Origin: Macrostomum lignano
Lineage: Eukaryota
Reading direction: 5' to 3'
Assembly: GCA_002269645.1 (NCBI GenBank)
Contig: NIVC01003130.1
Location: 54,060 to 118,059 of the forward strand
Length of the DNA stretch: 64,000 bases
How positions within the stretch are numbered: position 1 is the first letter of the stretch; each line of letters begins with the position of its first letter. This document shows positions 60,601 to 64,000 of the stretch, one piece after another. The position numbers and the translations under genes were made by a program. The notes under the pieces were generated by a model. The model ran no database searches and was not told where the DNA came from. It worked only from the letters and a program-made list of their open reading frames with translations.

Positions 60601-63304
60601 TTAACTTAAAGTCTTTAATGAATACTTTGAAACGCATCCCACGTTGTGTCACAACAAACAGCTATGACAATTGCTAACTAGAATGACAATATACGAGGTA
60701 TTTCGGAAGCCAACAGTAGTCAAAAAAATTTAAACACGCTTTCAAGCATCGGGCAAACAGCAGTCACTGAATAGTAGCTGCAGAACATGGCGTTTTAGGA
60801 CGCAATATAAACAGTCACAGTATAATTTATAATATGCACTCTAATTGCGCTCTAACTAGCCTACAGAGTTCATTTTCAACGGGTGTCTTACAGATGCGAT
60901 TCTCATTATACTTTAGAGACGATCCTCAGTATCATCCAATTGCGGTTTAAGAGCCTACTTTGAAGATGCCAGTCTTCTTCAGGTGACGGCCATCACCCTG
61001 AGGTGATGGTTTTTGAGACAACTATCGGAACACCTCCCCCCCCCCTCGGCAACTGCAGGTGACGGCCGACGGCCGCCGCCTCCAGATGGTGGTCTGCTCG
61101 GCCACTCTGCACGCCCAGGAGGTGCGGCGAATGGCCGAACGCCTCATGTACTTTCCTGTATGGATCGATTTGAAAGGCCAAGACTCTGTGGCCGACACCA
61201 TTCATCATTGCGTGTGCCCAGTGGACCCCTTGGCTGACCAGTCCTGGAGGCAGTTGCTGAACAAAAATACCAAATCCAGAATTCAAACTGACGGTGTACA
61301 TCTCAACGATCGTGTTGGCAGCTCAGACAGTCCGGAGACTCTGTCCGAAGCTGTCAAACTGCTCAAAGGCGAATACGTGATTAGAGCAATTGAGAAGCAC
61401 AACATGGATCGGTGCTTGATCTTCTGTCGCACTAAGTTAGACTGCGACAACCTGGAGCACCTGTTCATAACAAAGGGTGGCGGACCTCGGGCTAGGAAAG
61501 GCGCGCCTTACAGTTGCGTCTGTCTGCACAGCGACCGCAAGCCGCAGGAGCGCAAGGACAATTTAGAACGCTTCAAAAATGCTGATGTGAGATTTCTCAT
61601 CTGCACCGATGTGGCTGCTAGAGGTATTGATATCTCAGGTGAGTGACTGGCGTCATTTTGCTTATCTGCTTTTGGATCCTGAGCTGAGCACTCTGTCTAA
61701 TCTCCCCCTGTCTTATTCTGATCTCACCCTGTCTTATTCTGATCTCACCCTGTCTTATTCTGATCTCACCCTGTCTTATTCTGATCTCCCTGTCTTATTC
61801 TGATCTCACCCTGTCTTATTCTGATCTCACCCTGTCTTATTCTGATCTCACCCTGTCTTATTCTGATCTCACCCTGTCTTATTCTGATCTCACCCTGTCT
61901 TATTTTGATCCCACCCTGTCTTATTTTGATCTCACCCTGTCTATTCTGATCTCACCCTGTCTTATTCTGATCTCACCCTGTCTTATTCTGATCTCCCCTG
62001 TCTTATTCTGATCTCACCCTGTCTTATTCTGATCTCACCCTGTCTTATTCTGATCTCACCCTGTCTTATTCTGATCTCACCCTGTCTTATTCTGATCTCA
62101 CCCTGTCTTATTCTGATCCCACCCTGTCTTATTCTGATCCCACCCTTTTTATTAATGATCTCATGCTGTCTTTTCTGATCTCACTTCACTTTTTCTATTT
62201 GGCTGTTTCCTGTCTCCTGTTTTCCTGATCAACCCTCAACACTCACCTTAGTTCCGTCTTCATTCGGTCTCACCCCTCATCCAATCTCACCTCTCATCCG
62301 ATCTCATCTCTCATCCAATCTCACCTCTCATCCAATCTCACCTCTCATCCAATCTCACCTCTCATCCAATCTCACTCTCACCCAATCTCACCTCTCACCC
62401 AATCTCACCTCTCACCCAATCTCACCTCTCACCCAATCTCACCTCTCACCCAATCTCACCTCTCATCCAATCTCATCTCTCATCCAATCTCACCTCTCAC
62501 CCAATCTCACCTCTCACCCAATCTCACTCTCACCCAATCTCACCTCTCACCCAATCTCACCTCTCACCCAATCTCACCTCTCACCCAATCTCACCTCTCA
62601 CCCAATCTCACCTCTCATCCAATCTCACCTCTCATCCAATCTCACTCTCATCCAATCTCTCTCACACAATCTCACCTTCACCTAATCTCACTCTCACCCA
62701 ATCTCACTCTCACCCAATCTCACTCTCATCCAATCTCACTCACCAATCTCACTCTCATCCAATCTCTCTCACACAATCTCACCTTCACCTAATCTCACTC
62801 TCACCCAATCTCATCTCTCACCCAATTTCACCCAGGCCTGCCCTTCGTGATCAACGTGACGCTACCAGACGAGAAGCAGAACTACGTGCACCGTATCGGC
62901 CGTGTCGGTCGCGCCGAGCGCATGGGCCTGGCCATCTCGCTTGTTGCCAACGTGAAAGAGAAAGTCTGGTACCATAGCAACTGCCAGACCAAGGGTCGCG
63001 GCTGCACCAACACTAACCTAGTTGAAGTGGGCGGCTGCTGTATTTGTACAACGAGCCTCAACTGCTAGCTGATGTCGAAGAGCATCTGGGCGTCACCATC
63101 GATCAAATCGACACGGATATGACTGTGCCAGTGAACGAATTCGATGGCAAAGTTGTGTACGGACAGAAGCAGAGAAAAGGCGGCGCTGGCCTGTACCAGG
63201 GTCACGTGAGCGTGATGCAGTCCGCTGTGAAGTCGCTTGCGAGTCTGGAGACTCAAGCTCAGGATAGCTATCTGCAGATGCGCTTCGGCCCACCCGTTAT
63301 GTAG
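45682..63304 (+). CDS. DDX1: ATP-dependent RNA helicase DDX1, 6 exons (45682-45907, 46361-46515, 46982-47443, 49092-49463, 61059-61638, 62836-63304) with an apparent 1-nt deletion at ~63046
   Basis: Q motif, [12 protein letters not shown] insertion ([18 protein letters not shown]), [44 protein letters not shown] and the C-terminal KEKVWYH...[14 protein letters not shown], all characteristic of DDX1. Splice sites are phase-consistent. Confidence 0.95.
45960..46300. repeat. C/T-rich degenerate repeat (ctacccactctcc variants), DDX1 intron 1
   Basis: Seen directly. Confidence 0.85.
46670..46830. repeat. ~79-bp tandem duplication, DDX1 intron 2
   Basis: Two copies of ctagtcatttttgtttaggaaccgatgattagcatcacgtatccatggtaaacaacttggt. 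Confidence 0.85.
47510..48800. repeat. Minisatellite of 21-bp (tgtctaacagatttaggtgtc) and 19-bp (tgtctaaaatgtttagatc) units, often as a 40-bp composite, DDX1 intron 3
   Basis: Seen directly. Confidence 0.95.
50536..52200 (-). mobile_element. Degenerate Crypton-like tyrosine recombinase ORF followed by an NSD/MSH6-type PWWP domain
   Basis: Across frameshifts and stops: [14 protein letters not shown] (Arg, ~51545), FKHKTG (Lys), LNANSFRH (~51230), [12 protein letters not shown] (His...Tyr, ~51140), a linker, then [22 protein letters not shown]...[14 protein letters not shown] (PWWP, 50793-50600). Confidence 0.65.
54109..55140 (-). mobile_element. Internally deleted P-element (THAP9-like) transposase remnant
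   Basis: Degenerate [24 protein letters not shown]...[11 protein letters not shown] (55140-54960, frameshifted); C-terminal FYVAGYL...CQQC...[10 protein letters not shown] (54378-54109); catalytic core absent. Confidence 0.7.
55763..56100 (-). pseudogene. Degenerate ORF resembling a P/THAP9-type transposase extreme C-terminus
   Basis: [18 protein letters not shown] resembles the H..LI..I...Y..IR terminal motif; preceded by a frameshifted segment. Confidence 0.35.
56269..56763 (-). CDS. Uncharacterised Ala/Gln/Pro/Gly-rich ORF, 164 aa (frame stays open upstream to ~57066)
   Basis: Intact ATG-to-TAG ORF, GC-rich, protein-like N-terminal half, C-terminal RGRGGG; no family recognised. Confidence 0.45.
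   Translation of the reverse strand: MARTGTAIQQWLDSADNIRPVPYGEYAAFAEAAGAQPMDRAEYNTMVDNVLATGAAAQGQGLAQAIGGAAPQVDLAALGPLLAQVQAQLAAQGGAAAAARPAAQAAAQPAAQPAAQPAAPAAAPQPPPGPGGAAGGVGRGRGGGPPVPAPGHQATGGLPTMAEN
57308..57896 (-). pseudogene. Possible BEN-domain ORF, disrupted
   Basis: [17 protein letters not shown] resembles BEN helix 1-2 and [11 protein letters not shown]...[17 protein letters not shown] resembles the BEN C-terminal helix; one stop and one frameshift lie between them. Confidence 0.35.
61700..62140. repeat. 21-bp minisatellite (tcttattctgatctcaccctg), DDX1 intron 5
   Basis: Seen directly. Confidence 0.95.
62270..62830. repeat. 17-bp minisatellite (cccaatctcacctctca) running into the DDX1 last-exon acceptor
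   Basis: Seen directly; the array ends in ...tttcacccAG at 62835. Confidence 0.95.
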
Positions 63305-63364
63305 CTGGCCTCTTTGACTCTTTGTTGCATGCCAAATTATCTGTAATAGTTCATATTCGACAAT

Positions 63365-63930
63365 ATAAGAATCGCCCTCAAACCCATCCTAAAAAGCCTG
63401 AGGATCTCCCTCAACCCATCCTGAGAAGCCTGAGAATCGCCCTCAGCCCATCCTAAGAATCGCCCTCAGCCCAGACTGAGAATCGCCCTCAAGCAACCAT
63501 CCTGAGAATCGCCCTCAACCCAGCCTGAGAATCGCCTTCAAGCAACCATCCTGAGAATCGCCCTAAGCCCAGCCTGAGAATCGCCTTCAACCCATCCTGA
63601 GAATCGCCCTCAACCCATCCTGAGAATCGCCCTCAAACCCATCCTCTGAGAATCGCCCTCAGCCCATCCTGAGAATCGACCTCAAACCCATCCTGAGAAT
63701 CACCCTCAAACCCATCCTAAGAATCGCCCTCAAACCCATCCTAAGAATCGCCCTCAAACCCATCCTAAGAATCGCCCTTAAACCCATCCTGAGAATCGCT
63801 CTCAAACCCATCCTGAGAATCCCCCCAACCCATCCTTGAGAATCACCCCTCAACCCATCCTTGAGAATCGCCTTCAAACCCATCCTGAGAATCGCCCTCA
63901 AACCCATCCTGAAAATCTCCCTAAAAGCCA
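63365..63930. repeat. ~24-bp minisatellite (gaatcgccctcaaacccatcctga) just 3' of DDX1
   Basis: Seen directly; source of the RMGLRAIL ORF. Confidence 0.95.
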
Positions 63931-64000
63931 ATTAATACTATCATTGTTATTTGAAATATTAATATTTGCAAGTTTGGTGTCTGTCTGGTGATTTGTTGTG

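Overview
This is eukaryotic (metazoan) genomic DNA with spliceosomal GT-AG introns, GC-rich exons and many micro/minisatellites. That architecture suggests a free-living flatworm such as Macrostomum, but this is inference and cannot be proven from the window. There is no prokaryotic operon, CRISPR array, rRNA or tRNA gene. Host genes reconstructed by hand: a PLAC8/cornifelin-family gene (-), an IAP-like BIR-UBA-RING gene (-; split by a frameshift, so missed by the ORF track), a tandem cluster of secreted WSC+PAN/Apple-like genes (-; A, B, D plus truncated fragment C), a 5-exon tetraspanin (+) and a 6-exon DDX1 DEAD-box helicase (+; one apparent 1-nt deletion). Mobile DNA: two copies of a tRNA-derived SINE, a Penelope-like fragment with an inverted pLTR and hammerhead-like motifs, foldback/MITE elements, and a Gypsy pol fragment between 62-bp direct repeats. 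The 11.6-kb DDX1 intron 4 holds a set of minus-strand degenerate ORFs: a tyrosine recombinase apparently fused to an NSD-type PWWP domain, an internally deleted THAP/P-element transposase and a possible BEN-domain ORF. The best candidate for an undescribed system is the YR-PWWP element, a possible H3K36me-guided, gene-body-targeting tyrosine-recombinase transposon. Most long ORFs in the supplied track are artefacts of tandem repeats. All domain calls are from motif recognition by eye; no database searches were run.
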